Shown here piece by piece: positions 1 through 14,619 of a stretch of 64,000 bases of DNA. The translations under genes and the position numbers were made by a program. This DNA comes from an uncultured Solirubrobacterales bacterium (GTDB taxonomy: Bacteria; Actinomycetota; Thermoleophilia; Solirubrobacterales; 70-9). Each line of letters opens with the position of its first letter. The first letter of the stretch is position 1. The stretch covers positions 48,634 through 112,633 of the forward strand of contig CAVVAT010000010.1 of the NCBI GenBank assembly GCA_963746215.1. The letters are read 5' to 3'. The notes under the pieces were generated by a model. The model had not been told where the DNA came from and did not search any database. It worked only from the letters and a program-made list of their open reading frames with translations.

Positions 1-303
1 CTCGCCGAGAAGCACCGGGTGCCGGCGATCTTCCATATCCGTCGCCGGTTCGACGAGCTGTGGGCGGAGGCCAACAAGCGCCTCGAGGTGACCCTGACGA
101 GCGCCGTCGAGCTCGACAAGTCGGTGGTCGAGCAGGTGGGCAAGGAGGTCGAGCGTCAGACGGACCGTACGATCGATATGCAGGCCGAGGTCGACCCGGA
201 GATCCTCGGCGGGCTCGTGTTGCGGGTCGGCAACAGGGTGCTCGACGCGAGCATCCGCAGCAAGCTGGAAAAACTGAGAAAGGAAGTCGCCTCGGCCGCG
301 TAA
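1..303 (+). CDS. atpH: F-type ATP synthase subunit delta (OSCP), C-terminal part; 5' end outside window
   Basis: Frame is open from base 1 to TAA 301-303. OSCP-like C-terminus [34 protein letters not shown]. Lies directly upstream of atpA-G-D-C. Confidence 0.85.
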   Translation, partial: LAEKHRVPAIFHIRRRFDELWAEANKRLEVTLTSAVELDKSVVEQVGKEVERQTDRTIDMQAEVDPEILGGLVLRVGNRVLDASIRSKLEKLRKEVASAA

Positions 304-334
304 CGCGCCGGACGACCGAACCCCAAAGGAGCTA

Positions 335-2031
<1,697 letters not shown>

Positions 2032-2946
2032 ATGGCCACTCAGAAGGAAGTCCGCAACCGAATCTCTTCGGTCAAGAACATCCACAAGATCACCCGTGCG
2101 ATGGAGATGGTCGCTGCCGCGAGGCTGCGCCGTGCCGAGCAGCGGATCGACAACATGCGCCCCTACGCGCAGGCGATCCGCAAGATGACCCAGCAGGTCG
2201 CCGAGGCGGCGCAGGGGATTCCGCGCGTCGCGCTGCTCGAGGAGCGCGAGAACGTCAGCAAGGTCGGGATCATCCTCGTCACCGGCGACCGCGGGCTGGC
2301 AGGCGCGTTCAACACGAACATCATCCGCGAGGGCGTGCGGCTCAAGCGCGAATTTGCCGACGACGGCGCCGATGTCTCGTTCCATGTGGTCGGCCGCCGC
2401 GGCAACTCGACCCTCACGTTCCGCGGCGAGACGGTCGCCAACTCCTACATCGGCTTCACCGACCGCCCCGCCTTCACGGATGCGCGCGAGATCTCGCGCG
2501 ACGTCACGGCGGCGTACGTCGACGAGGAGCTCGACCGCGTCGAGCTCGTCTACAACCGCTACGTCTCGCCGCTGACCCAGTACGTGCGGCGCCAGACGCT
2601 GCTGCCGCTGCAGCAGGCGGAGGTCTTCGGAGAGGGGATCCCGGAGGAGGAAGAGGACGACTCGGAGCTCGCCGAGGCGCACCGCAAGGCTTATTGGGAC
2701 TACGAGCCCGAGCCCGAGGAACTGCTGCCGATGCTGTTCGAGGAGTACGTCGACCTTTCGGTCTATCGCGCGCTGCTCGAGTCATCGGCGTCAGAACTTG
2801 GCGCGCGGATGACCGCGATGCGCAACGCGGCGGAGAACGCGAACGACATGATCGAGGACCTGACCCTGGCGATGAACCGGGCGCGTCAGGCCGAGATCAC
2901 GCAGGAAATCTTGGAAGTCGTCGGCGGGGCCGAAGCGCTCGCCTGA
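2032..2946 (+). CDS. atpG: F-type ATP synthase subunit gamma
   Basis: Intact 304-aa ORF. N-terminus [35 protein letters not shown] and C-terminus [20 protein letters not shown] are typical of gamma. Confidence 0.95.
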   Translation: MATQKEVRNRISSVKNIHKITRAMEMVAAARLRRAEQRIDNMRPYAQAIRKMTQQVAEAAQGIPRVALLEERENVSKVGIILVTGDRGLAGAFNTNIIREGVRLKREFADDGADVSFHVVGRRGNSTLTFRGETVANSYIGFTDRPAFTDAREISRDVTAAYVDEELDRVELVYNRYVSPLTQYVRRQTLLPLQQAEVFGEGIPEEEEDDSELAEAHRKAYWDYEPEPEELLPMLFEEYVDLSVYRALLESSASELGARMTAMRNAAENANDMIEDLTLAMNRARQAEITQEILEVVGGAEALA

Positions 2947-2956
2947 GAAGGGAAAT

Positions 2957-4940
<1,984 letters not shown>

Positions 4941-4945
4941 TGACC

Positions 4946-6059
4946 GTGGATGAGCGTCTGCTAACAGAGAAGCTGATCGGCTACGACACCTCGACCCCGC
5001 AGGGGATCAAGGAGTGCGCCGGTTTCGTCAAGGGCTGGCTCGAGGCTCGCGACATCCCCACGCGCGTGCTCGATGTGCGCGGCCTGCCGGTCACGCTCGC
5101 CGCGGTCGGCCCCGAGGACGCCGAGACCACGCTGCTGCTGCACGGCCACATCGACGTGGTCCCCGGGACGCGAATCGCAGTTCGATCCGCAGCTCGACGG
5201 CGATCGCCTGCTCGGACGCGGCGCCTACGACATGAAGGGCGCGCTCGCGGCGATGCTGCTCGCGGTCGCCGACCTGCGCGAGGTCGAGGGCATCCGGGTC
5301 CGGCTCGGCGTCGTGCCCGACGAGGAATCCGAGGAGGAGCAGGACCGAGGGGGCGACCTGCTCGTCGAGGAGGGCTTCCTCGGGGATTTCGTGATCACCG
5401 GTGAGCCGACCGACATGCACGTCGGCGTCGCCGCCAAGGGCGTGATCGCGATGCGCCTGCGCGTCGACGGCCACGCCGCCCACGGAAGCACGCCGTGGCT
5501 GGGAGAGAACGCGATTCTGCGCGCGATCGATGTCTTCCGCGCGATCCAATCGCTACCGTTTGCATCGCGAAGCTCGGAGCTCTTCGACCGCCCGTCGATC
5601 AACCTCTGCGCGCATCCTGGGCGGTGACGCGTTGAACAAAGTGCCCGACACCTGCTACATCGACGTCGACGTACGCTACCTGCCGGAGCAGGATCCGGAG
5701 GCGATCCTCGCCGAGGTCGCGGAGATCCCCGGCGCCACCGTCATCTCGACGTTCCGCCGCGAGCCGGCGATGGTCGACCCCGAGTCGCCGTTCGTGCGCG
5801 CGCTCTGCGAGGCGACCGCCGTCGCACGCCGACGGCGAGGTGACTGAGCGTCGGCCGCGACGGCGCCTCCGACGCGGTCTCGTTCCTGCGCGTCGGCGTC
5901 CCCGCGGTCGAGTTCGGCCCGGTCGGCGGCGGCCACCACGGGCCCGAGGAGTGGGTCTCGGTCGCCTCGCTCGCCGGCTACCGGCGCGCGCTCGTCGACT
6001 TCGCCACAGGGCTGCCGCAGCGGCTCGAGCGGCAGCTGGCACGGAGCGAGGCCCGATGA
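4946..6059 (+). CDS. M20 family metallopeptidase (ArgE/DapE/ACY1-like), about three frame changes
   Basis: Motifs LLLHGHIDVVPG, GRGAYDMKGALAAML, EESEEE, GVAAKGV...HAAHGS and GRDGASDAVSF...GPVGGGHHGPEEWV appear in successive frames. Stop TGA is at 6057-6059. Confidence 0.75.
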
Positions 6060-8230
6060 GGCCCGACGACGAGACCCCGGCGAGACGGCGATGAGCCGGA
6101 GGTTCCGCCGGCGACGTTCGCCGGTCGTCAGCGGGCGGCGCCGAGCAGCCCGCTGAGGAGGCCGGGGAGCCCGAGGCGACCGAGCCCGAGACCGAGCCGA
6201 GACGTCTGCGCTCGATCTCCGACCGGGCTTCACCGAGGAGTTCGACTCGATCGAGCGCGACCTCGACCGCGAGCTCTCCGACCTCGTCCCACCGCGGGCG
6301 CGAGGAGCCCGAGCCGACGCCGAGGAGCCCGACGAGCCGAGCCGAGGAGCGCCGCGAGGAGGCGGCGACGAGCCGGACGACCTGAACGAGGAGCTTGGCG
6401 ACGAGATCGAGGCCGACCCGGACGAGAACGCTCCGCCAGCCGTTGCGGAGGGCGCCGACCCGACCGTGGAGGCCGAGACGATCGCCTCGCCGACAGGAGC
6501 AGGCCAAGGAGGCTGCGCTCGCCGGCCTGCGCGCCCGCGCCGCCCAGCAGGGCGCGACCGCCGCGGCAGCAGCGACGACCACGGCGCCCAAGGCGCAGCC
6601 CAAGACCGCCACCCGGCTCACCGCCGCCGCCGGCGAGCACGAGCAACCGTGCGAGGAGCGGCGAGAAGGCGCCGCGCGCGAAGCGGCTCTGGGCGCGCTT
6701 CGTCGCCGCCTCGTTCTTGATCGTCGTCTCGGTCGCGGCCGCGACCTCGATCAGCATCCTGGTCTACCTCACCGACATCGCCGAGGGGCTGTCGGACAAC
6801 GACAGGCTCGCTTCGCTTCGCGATCAGCTCGCCGAGGTCGAGGGCGGCGAGCCGCAGACGATCCTGATCATCGGCTCCGACAAGCGGCTCGGACCCGAGG
6901 GCGCCGGCGACCCGGGCCGCTCCGACACGACGATTCTGCTGCGCGTCGACCCCGACAAGGACCGCATCGCGCTGCTCTCGATTCCGCGCGACCTCAAGGT
7001 CAACATCCCCGGCGTCGGGTGTCGCCAAGTTCAACGAGGCCTACTCCGGCGGCGGGCAGGACAAGACGCTGAGGGTGGTCAAGCAGCTCACCGGGCTCGA
7101 GATCAACCACGTCGTCAACATCAACTTCACGGGCTTCGCCGACGCGGTCAACGCGATCGGCGGCGTCTACGTCGACGTCGACCGCCGGTACTACATCCCG
7201 CCGGAGACCGGCACGTCGGAGATCGACATCGAGGCCGGCTACCAGCTCGTCTGAGGGCTACAAGGCACTCCAGTACGTGCGCTTCCGCCATTTCGACAAC
7301 GACCTCGTCCGCTCGGCCCGCCAGCAGGACTTCCTGCGCGAGGCCCGCCAGAAGCTGCCGCCGGGCGACGCTGATCGACGACCGCGACGAGCTGCTCGAA
7401 GATCTTCACCGACTACACGACGTCGGACATCGGCGACGCGGTCCCGCTGCTCGAGCTGCTCAAGACGTTCGCTGCGGTGCAGGCGGCGCCCGTGGTCGAG
7501 GTCCATTTCCCGGCCGAGCTCGGCGACCGACATACGTCACCGCGAACGACGAGGCGATCAAGGCCGCGGTCGACCAGTTCCTCGGCACCGAGGGAACGCC
7601 GGGTGGCCGCCCGGCTGGTGAGTCGCCACCGCCCGAGGAGCCCGCGCACGAGGGCGACGGTGGTGACAACAAGCCGGACGAGAACAGGCCGGACGAGGAC
7701 AAGCCTCAGGAAGACAAGCCAGAGAAGCCGACGACTTCGTCGGCCCGACGATGGATGACGCGACCGATCAGTCGCAGGCATCGGCGACGCAGCTGTCCAA
7801 CGTGAAGAGGAAGAACGGCGAGCCGATGGTCGACTTCCCGATCTACTACCCGACCCGCCTCGCGCCCGGCTCGATCATCATCAACGACAGCCGCGCGCTT
7901 CCCATCGACGGCCCCGGCGACGACGTCTACCACGGCTACAAGCAGGTCGTCGAGATCCCCGGCTCGACCTTCGGCAACGGCCTGACCGAGGAGTACTACG
8001 GCGTCTCTGGCACCAACTGGGCCGACGTGCCGATCCTCGAGAACCCGAGCGAGATCCGAAGGATCGACGGCAAGGACTACGTGCTCTTCTACGACGGCGA
8101 CCGCCTGCGCACCGTCGGCTGGAAGAGCTCAAAGGGCGCCTATTGGGTCAACAACACGCTGCTGCAGTCGCTCGAGGAGGGCCAGATGCTCTCGATCGCG
8201 ACTTCGATGCGCGAGCTCGACTCTAAGTAG
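6056..8230 (+). CDS. LytR-CpsA-Psr (LCP) family cell-envelope phosphotransferase with a long acidic/Pro-rich N-terminal region, one TM helix and a C-terminal domain; many frame changes, may be two genes
   Basis: ATG 6056 overlaps the upstream stop (ATGA). TM segment is WARFVAASFLIVVSVAAATSISILVYL. LCP core is ILIIGSDKR...GRSDTTILLRVDPDKDRIALLSIPRDLKVNIPGVG...LTGLEINHVVNINFTGFADAVNAIGGVYVDV. The C-terminal domain (from ATG 7751) is stop-free and continuous with upstream DDFVGPT. Confidence 0.6.
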
Positions 8231-8241
8231 CCTCCGCCCTC

Positions 8242-9525
8242 ATGGAAGCGAGTAAAACGCCAATCGGTGTGATCGGGGTTGGTTGGGTCGGCCTCGTTAC
8301 CGCCGCGTGCTTTGCCGAGAGCGGCCACCCGGTTATCGCGATGGACGTCAACGCGGCGAAGATCGAGACGCTGCGAAACGGCGGTGCGCTGCCGATCCAC
8401 GAGCCTGGGCTTCCAGAGCTGCTGGAGAAAAATCGCGAACGGCTCACGTTCACGACCGAGATGGCGGCCGTCCTCGACGGGCCTCGCCTCCTCTTCTGCT
8501 GCGTCGACACCCCGCCGACCTACTCTGGCGATGCCGACCTCTCGCGGGTCGAGGCCGTTGTCGCGGCGCTCCCCGACGATGACACCCACGCCCTGGTGAT
8601 GAAGAGCACGGTGCCGGCCGGCACCGGTGTGGCAATCCGCCGAAACAAGCCCGGTCTGGCCTATGTCTCGTGCCCCGAGTTCTTGAAGGAAGGAACGGCG
8701 GTTGCCGACTTCTTGAACCCCGACCGCGTGGTGATCGGCGCCGACCCGGGCTCGGAGTGGGCGTCCGACGCGCTCGCCGATATCTACCGGCCGCTTGGGG
8801 GCGAGCTGGTCCGCACCGACGTTGCCTCGGCCGAGATGATCAAGCTCGCGTCCAACGCCTTCCTCGCGACCAAGATCTCGTTCATCAACGAGATCGCCAA
8901 CGTCTGCGAGGGCGTTGGCGCCGACGTACGCGAAGTTGCACGCGGGATGGGACTCGACAACCGCATCGGACCGCAGTTTCTCCAAGCCGGGATTGGCTAC
9001 GGGGGCAGTTGCTTTCCCAAGGATGTCTCGGCTCTGAAGATGCTCGCCGGCAACACGGGCTACCACTTCCAATTGCTCAACTCCGTGATCGAGGTCAACG
9101 AGCTGCAGAAGCGAAGGGTGATTTCGAAGCTCTCCAAGCATCTCGGCAGCCTCGTGGGCAAGCGCGTCGCACTTCTGGGGCTCGCCTTCAAGCCGAACAC
9201 CGACGACATGCGCGAGGCCTCGAGCCTGGTGCTGTCAGCCCGCTTGCAGGGTGAGGGCGCCACCGTCGTCGCCTACGACCCCGTGGCCGAACGCCCTGCC
9301 GGTGAGATGCTGCCGAGTGTGAACCTCGCCGACAGCGCGCAGAACGCCCTCGAGGGCGCCGACGCGGCGATCCTCGTCACCGAATGGCCGGAGTTCGCCG
9401 AGCTCGACTGGGCTGCCGCCGCTAAGGCCATGGCGAACCCGCTGATCATCGACGGCCGCAACTTCCTCGACGCTGACGCCGTTCGCGCGGCCGGGTTCAC
9501 CTACGAGGGCATCGGACGCGGCTGA
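8242..9525 (+). CDS. ugd: UDP-glucose 6-dehydrogenase (UDP-glucose/GDP-mannose dehydrogenase family)
   Basis: Intact 427 aa. Rossmann IGVIGVGWVGLV, catalytic GIGYGGSCFPKDV, and AFKPNTDDMREA. Confidence 0.9.
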   Translation: MEASKTPIGVIGVGWVGLVTAACFAESGHPVIAMDVNAAKIETLRNGGALPIHEPGLPELLEKNRERLTFTTEMAAVLDGPRLLFCCVDTPPTYSGDADLSRVEAVVAALPDDDTHALVMKSTVPAGTGVAIRRNKPGLAYVSCPEFLKEGTAVADFLNPDRVVIGADPGSEWASDALADIYRPLGGELVRTDVASAEMIKLASNAFLATKISFINEIANVCEGVGADVREVARGMGLDNRIGPQFLQAGIGYGGSCFPKDVSALKMLAGNTGYHFQLLNSVIEVNELQKRRVISKLSKHLGSLVGKRVALLGLAFKPNTDDMREASSLVLSARLQGEGATVVAYDPVAERPAGEMLPSVNLADSAQNALEGADAAILVTEWPEFAELDWAAAAKAMANPLIIDGRNFLDADAVRAAGFTYEGIGRG

Positions 9526-10571
9526 TGCAAGCCGTGGTTTTGGTCGGGGGTGAGGGCACGAGGCTGCGACCGCTGACGCTGACCGAGCCGAAGCCCGCGC
9601 TTCAGCTCGTCGACCGGCCGTTTATCCGCTACATGGTCGACTGGCTCGGCCACCACGGCATCGACGAGGTGGTGATGGCCTGCGGCTTTCGCGCCGAGAA
9701 CCTGCGCGCCGCGCTCGGCGATTCGGTTCCGGGCGGTCCGGCGATCCGCTACATCGAGGAGGACGAGCCGCTCGGTACCGCCGGGCCCGTGCGCCTCGCT
9801 GCCGATATGGGTCTGCTCGGCGACCGCTTCATGGTCCTCAACGGCGACGTCCTCACCGATCTGGACCTGACCGCTCTTCAGCGCCAGCACGAAGAGACCG
9901 GGGCGGTGGTGACCCTCGGGCTCTATCCGGTCGACGACCCAACGTCCTACGGCCTCGTGCGGCGCGGCGAGGATGGCGCGGTCCTCGGCTTTCTGGAGAA
10001 GCCGGATCCCGCCGAGATCGACACCGACGAGATCAATGCCGGCACCTACGTGGTCGAGCGCTCGGCGCTCGACCTGATCCCGCCCGGTCGCGCCGTTTCG
10101 ATCGAACGCGAGGTGTTCCCGCGGCTCGTGGGCCAGGGCCTCTACGGGCGCCGGCTCAATGGCTATTGGATGGATATAGGCACGCCGGAGCGTTATCTCC
10201 AGGCGAGTTGGGACATCCTCGATGGCACGGTCGAGACCGAACTGCCGGGCGACGGCGGCCCGTTCGTTGGGGAGGGCGCCGTCGTCTCCAGCGATGCGTC
10301 CGTCTCGCCGCGGGCTGTGGTCGGCGCTGGCTGCGAGGTGGGCGACGGAGCGGTCGTGTCCGACTCGGTGCTGTTGAATCGGTGTCGGATCGGGGCCGGT
10401 GCGGAGGTTTTCGGCTCGATTCTCGGAGCTGGGGTGCACGTGGGCGAATCAGCGCGGGTGGGGCCCGGCGCGGTAGTTGGCGCGGAGGCGAAGATCGCCT
10501 CGGGGGCCGCCGTCGGTGAAGGCGCCAGGGTCGGCCCCGGCGAGTCGATTGAAGCTGAGGTGACAGCGTGA
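9525..10571 (+). CDS. Sugar-1-phosphate nucleotidyltransferase, mannose-1-phosphate guanylyltransferase-like, with C-terminal left-handed beta-helix
   Basis: [15 protein letters not shown] motif. C-terminal hexapeptide-repeat region. Its start overlaps the ugd stop (TGATG). Confidence 0.85.
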   Translation: MQAVVLVGGEGTRLRPLTLTEPKPALQLVDRPFIRYMVDWLGHHGIDEVVMACGFRAENLRAALGDSVPGGPAIRYIEEDEPLGTAGPVRLAADMGLLGDRFMVLNGDVLTDLDLTALQRQHEETGAVVTLGLYPVDDPTSYGLVRRGEDGAVLGFLEKPDPAEIDTDEINAGTYVVERSALDLIPPGRAVSIEREVFPRLVGQGLYGRRLNGYWMDIGTPERYLQASWDILDGTVETELPGDGGPFVGEGAVVSSDASVSPRAVVGAGCEVGDGAVVSDSVLLNRCRIGAGAEVFGSILGAGVHVGESARVGPGAVVGAEAKIASGAAVGEGARVGPGESIEAEVTA

Positions 10572-11599
10572 GCGATGTACTCGATCCGATCCGCGACGTC
10601 GACGCGGGCAATGAGCTCGACGACGTCCTCGCATTGCCCGACCACCTGAGCGATGCGCTTTGGCGCTTCGAGTCCGCCGGGCTCGAGCGCCGCGAGCTCC
10701 AAGGTCTGATCGTCTGCGGCATGGGCGGCTCGGCGATTGGCGGCGTGCTCGCTCGGGCGGCGATCGGCGACGTCCTCAACCGTCCGATGCAGATCTTTCG
10801 CGACTATGAGATTCCCGGCTGGACCAACCCGAACATCGCGGTGCTCTGCTCGAGCTATTCGGGCGACACCGAGGAAACGCTTGCGGCCTTCGAGGCCGCG
10901 GAGGCCGTCGGCGCCGATCGCGTCGTGGCGACCACGGGCGGGCGCCTCGCGGAGTCGGCTCGTGCCGCCGGGGTTCCGGTGATCGGGTTGCCGGCTGGCC
11001 TGCAGCCGCGCCATGCGGTCGGCTACGGGTTCACAGTCGCCTGTGAGATGGCGGCGCTGATCGGTGCCTCGCCGGGCGTGCGGACCGAGATCGACTCGAC
11101 GGCCGCGCACCTCGCGGAGGGCCGCGACCGCCTCGTCTCCCGTGCCGCCGAGATCGCCGATCAGTTGAAAGGCTCGATCCCGCTGATCTACGGGTGCGAT
11201 GCGACGGTGCCGGTCGCCTATCGCTGGAAGTGTCAGATCAACGAGAACGCAAAGCAACACGCGTTCGACCATCAGCTTCCCGAGCTCGACCACAACGAGA
11301 TCGTCGGCTGGACTGCTAACGGCAAGGCCGACGCCTTCTCGGCGATCTTTCTCCTCGACTCAGACCAGCATCCCCGCCAGCGCCAGCGTGCCGAGCTCAC
11401 TGAGAAGCTCGTCGCGCCGTCGGCGACGGCGGCGATCACGATCGAGACCGAGGGCGAAACGCGCGTCGAACGTCTGCTCTGGACCGTGATGCTGGGCGAT
11501 CTTGTCTCGCTGTTCCTCGCCGCTCACAACGGCGTCGACCCCGGGCCGATCGACATGATCGACCGGCTCAAGGACCAGCTCGGTGACGCCGCTCAGTAG
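10568..11599 (+). CDS. Bifunctional phosphoglucose/phosphomannose isomerase (SIS domain)
   Basis: CGMGGSAIGG and CSSYSGDTEETL SIS motifs. 4-nt GTGA overlap with the upstream gene. Confidence 0.8.
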   Translation: MSDVLDPIRDVDAGNELDDVLALPDHLSDALWRFESAGLERRELQGLIVCGMGGSAIGGVLARAAIGDVLNRPMQIFRDYEIPGWTNPNIAVLCSSYSGDTEETLAAFEAAEAVGADRVVATTGGRLAESARAAGVPVIGLPAGLQPRHAVGYGFTVACEMAALIGASPGVRTEIDSTAAHLAEGRDRLVSRAAEIADQLKGSIPLIYGCDATVPVAYRWKCQINENAKQHAFDHQLPELDHNEIVGWTANGKADAFSAIFLLDSDQHPRQRQRAELTEKLVAPSATAAITIETEGETRVERLLWTVMLGDLVSLFLAAHNGVDPGPIDMIDRLKDQLGDAAQ

Positions 11600-11605
11600 T
11601 TCGCG

Positions 11606-12001
11606 CTAGTCGTCGGCCGCGGGACGGCGGCGTGCGCGCTTGACGTCTGAGCGGCGCTTCTTGCCGTGGAGGCGGCGCTCGCGCGAGGCCTTGGTGGCGC
11701 GCGTGGGCCGCCGGTGCTTACGCGGCGCGAGCGCGGCCGCGACGCGCTCGTTGAGCCGCGCTGCGGCGAGCTGACGATTTCGCAGTTGGCTGCGGGCGTC
11801 CTGGGCGATCGCGGTGACGCGCGGCCCGAATCGGGCCCTCAGCCGCTGCTTCTGCGCCTCGGTGAGCGTGGGGGAGGCGTCGATGTCGAAGACCGCCTCG
11901 ATCCGCGACGCGGTCACGTTGGCGTGCTGGCCGCCTGGCCCCGACGAGCGGCTCGCGCGAAGCTCGATCTCCGCCTCAGGGATCTCGAACCGCGAGCTCA
12001 C
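11606..12001 (-). CDS. arfB: Alternative ribosome-rescue factor ArfB (peptidyl-tRNA hydrolase, RF-1 domain)
   Basis: 131 aa. GGQ motif SSGPGGQHANVTASR plus a basic C-terminal tail RKHRRPTRATKASRERRLHGKKRRSDVKRARR. Confidence 0.85.
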   Translation of the reverse strand: MSSRFEIPEAEIELRASRSSGPGGQHANVTASRIEAVFDIDASPTLTEAQKQRLRARFGPRVTAIAQDARSQLRNRQLAAARLNERVAAALAPRKHRRPTRATKASRERRLHGKKRRSDVKRARRRPAADD

Positions 12002-12003
12002 GA

Positions 12004-12498
12004 TCAGTCAGATTGGTCGCGAAAGCCTTCGAGCAGCCGGTAGATGGTCTCGAGGTCCTCGGACTCGACGGAGTCAATGCCGAAGCGTGCCGCGTTCAGC
12101 CTCGCCGTGGCGGCCTCGGCGACTTCGCGTCCCTTCGAGGTGATCTCGGCAAGCGTCGTCCGCCTGTCGGATTCGTGCGCGACGCGGCGGACGTAGCCGG
12201 AGCGTTCGAGGCCGTCGATCAGGTTGGTGACGCTGGTGCGGTGCACCTGCAGTCGATCGCCGATCTTGCCCAGCGGCAGCGAGCCTCGGCTAGAGAACAG
12301 CAGCAACATCAGAGCCTCGTAGCGCGCGAATGTGAGGTCGAGGTCCGACACCATCGTGTTCAGGCGTCCGATCAGGATTTGCTGGACGCGCATGATCGAC
12401 GTAACCGCCGCCATCGACGGTGTCACCTCGGATCCCCAGCGTTCCTCCCAGTGGCGCCGGGCCTCAGCGATCGGGTCGAACTGCAGCTCTGTGGCCAT
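12004..12498 (-). CDS. MarR family transcriptional regulator
   Basis: 164 aa. Winged-helix pattern LTFARYEALMLL...LPLGKIGDRLQVHRTSVTNLIDGLERSGYVRR. Confidence 0.85.
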   Translation of the reverse strand: MATELQFDPIAEARRHWEERWGSEVTPSMAAVTSIMRVQQILIGRLNTMVSDLDLTFARYEALMLLLFSSRGSLPLGKIGDRLQVHRTSVTNLIDGLERSGYVRRVAHESDRRTTLAEITSKGREVAEAATARLNAARFGIDSVESEDLETIYRLLEGFRDQSD

Positions 12499-12509
12499 CG
12501 GTGACCTCC

Positions 12510-14135
12510 CTAGAACTGCGGGTGTTCGGTGTAGGTCCCGAACACATCCTGCATCGCCAGGATCATCTCGCCCTCGGAGGCTCGCACCCGCGTCGCCTCG
12601 ATCAGCCGCGCCATCAGGTTGACGTTCCCCTTCGCCGCATCCTCGCGCAGGCGCGCGAGCGCGGCGTCGACCTGGCCCTGATCGCGCTCGGACTTGGTCT
12701 TGTCGAGTCGCTTGCGCTGGCGGCCCTCGGCCGCCGGGTCGGCGCGGTGCAGCTGCATCGGCTCCTCGTCCTCGAGCCGGTAGTCGTTGACGCCGACGAC
12801 GATGCGCTGCTTGGTGTCGACCTCGCGCTGGTAGATGAACGCGGCCTCGGCGATCTCGCGCTGCGGGAACCCGGTCTTGATCGCGTCGACCATGCCTCCG
12901 AGCTCGTCGATGCGATGGAAGTAGTCGTAGGCCTCGGCTTCGATCTCGGAGGTGAGCTTCTCGACGAAGTACGCGCCGCCGAGCGGATCGGCCGTGTTGG
13001 TCACGCCGGACTCGTGGGCGATGACCTGCTGCGTGCGAAGCGCGACCCGCACCGCCTCCTCAGTTGGGAGCGCGAGCGCTTCGTCGTAGGAGTTGGTGTG
13101 CAGCGACTGCGTGCCACCGAGGACGCCCGCCAGCGCCTCGATCGTCGTGCGGACGATGTTGACCAGCGGTTGCTGCGCGGTCAGTGAGACGCCGGCCGTC
13201 TGGGTGTGGAAGCGCATCAGCATCGAGCGCTCGTCCTTGGCGCCGTAGGTCTCGCGCATCTCGCGCGCCCAGATGCGCCGCGCCGCCCGGTACTTCGCGA
13301 TCTCCTCGAAGAAGTCGATGTGGGCGTTGAAGAAGAACGACAGGCGCGGTGCGAACGCGTCGACATCGATCCCGCGCTCGATTGCCTGCTCGACATAGGT
13401 GAAGCCGTCCTTGAGCGTGAATGCGAGCTCCTGCGCGGCCGTCGATCCCGCTTCGCGGATGTGGTACCCGGAGATCGAGATCGGGTGCCAGCGCGGCATC
13501 TCCGCGGTGGCGAACTCGACCATGTCGGTGACCAGGCGCATCGCGGGGTCGATCGGGAAGCACCACTCCTTCTGGGCGATGTACTCCTTGAGGATGTCGG
13601 TCTGGATCGTGCCGCCGAGCTTTTCGGTTGCGAAGCCGTTTTCCTCGGCCGCAACGACGTAGAAGGCGAGCAGGATCGCCGCGGGGGCGTTGATCGTCAT
13701 CGAGACGGTCACGTCCTCGAGCGGGATGCCGGCGAAGAGGGTCTCCATGTCGTCGACCGTGTCGAGCGCGACGCCCTCCACACCGACCTCACCGAGCGAG
13801 CGGCCGTGGTCGGAGTCGAGGCCCATCAGGGTCGGCATATCGAACGCGGTCGACAGCCCGGTCTGGCCGTGGTCGAGCAGATAGCGGAAGCGGGCGTTGG
13901 TCTCCTCCACGGTGCCGAACCCGGCGAACTGGCGCATCGTCCAGAGGCGGCCGCGGTACATCGATTCGTACGGGCCGCGGGTGAAGGGAAAGGAGCCCGG
14001 GTCCCCAAGATCCTCACGCGGATCGAACCCCTCGAGGTCCGCCTCGGTGTAAAGCGGCTCGATCGGGTGTCCTGACAGCGTCGAATGAAGCGCCTCGCGC
14101 TCCAGCTTCTCCTTCGGCACGACTGCGTCGCTCAA
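12510..14135 (-). CDS. Methylmalonyl-CoA mutase family, catalytic (large, TIM-barrel) subunit without a fused B12-binding domain
   Basis: 541 aa. [27 protein letters not shown] and [14 protein letters not shown] signatures. TTG start at 14135 follows GGAGAGG. Confidence 0.9.
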   Translation of the reverse strand: MSDAVVPKEKLEREALHSTLSGHPIEPLYTEADLEGFDPREDLGDPGSFPFTRGPYESMYRGRLWTMRQFAGFGTVEETNARFRYLLDHGQTGLSTAFDMPTLMGLDSDHGRSLGEVGVEGVALDTVDDMETLFAGIPLEDVTVSMTINAPAAILLAFYVVAAEENGFATEKLGGTIQTDILKEYIAQKEWCFPIDPAMRLVTDMVEFATAEMPRWHPISISGYHIREAGSTAAQELAFTLKDGFTYVEQAIERGIDVDAFAPRLSFFFNAHIDFFEEIAKYRAARRIWAREMRETYGAKDERSMLMRFHTQTAGVSLTAQQPLVNIVRTTIEALAGVLGGTQSLHTNSYDEALALPTEEAVRVALRTQQVIAHESGVTNTADPLGGAYFVEKLTSEIEAEAYDYFHRIDELGGMVDAIKTGFPQREIAEAAFIYQREVDTKQRIVVGVNDYRLEDEEPMQLHRADPAAEGRQRKRLDKTKSERDQGQVDAALARLREDAAKGNVNLMARLIEATRVRASEGEMILAMQDVFGTYTEHPQF

Positions 14136-14591
14136 GTCAACCTCTCCTCATACTGCGCGGAAACCCGATAGTAGGACGTCCACATATTAAGGGTTGGCCC
14201 GAAGGCTGCGTGTTCACAAGCGTGACTAGCGGCAGGTAAATCGAGATCGACCGGCGGATAGCGCCCTGCCTGGGCCGAAATCGGACCATCGATCTCGCAC
14301 CGGGTAGACCCGCTCCGGGGGAGACGTGGAACGTTTAGGGCGTCGCTCGGGGCGGGTTGTTCGCGTGTACCGCCGATAGGTCGCCCCGGGCAGGCACCGA
14401 GAAGAGATCACTTTCCATGCGGCGCATAGATTGCGCTCCTCGTCCAGAGCGCGACGGATCTAACTGTCCGGCCCCTGCGGGGCATAGGCGTCCTCAGGAC
14501 GGACAGTTCGGGCGCCCCGGACCGTGGCAGGACGACACGCTTCCCCAGCGAAGCGATGCTTTCGGTGTCGAGGCGGGCCGCCGGCGATTTG

Positions 14592-14619
14592 CGAGGGCTC
14601 CGCGAGAGCCTCGCCCTCG
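14592..14619 (-). terminator. Hairpin 18 nt downstream of the 14637 stop (CGAGGGC-N14-GCCCTCG), no U tract
   Basis: 7-bp inverted repeat read directly from the sequence. Position fits an intrinsic terminator, but no T-run follows. Confidence 0.3.

Noticed and set aside
2032-2188. atpA reading 156 nt into atpG as a possible genuine overlap or fusion.
   Set aside because: The overlapping part ([20 protein letters not shown]...) is non-coding-like. Stops lie just out of frame at 2019 and 2029, and the window is rich in 1-nt indels.
6060-6716. GAG/GAC/CCG-rich stretch considered as a tandem repeat or CRISPR-like array.
   Set aside because: It has no fixed period or spacer structure. It is compositional low complexity continuous with the LCP coding region. 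The KP(D/E)-type repeats at 7620-7740 are likewise coding low complexity.
14136-14420. Cobalamin riboswitch upstream of the B12-dependent mutase.
   Set aside because: I could find neither a B12 box (AGxCMGGAGACCKGCC-like) nor the GGGAA/GGTG...GAATCC core on either strand. RNase P, SRP and tmRNA signatures are also absent.
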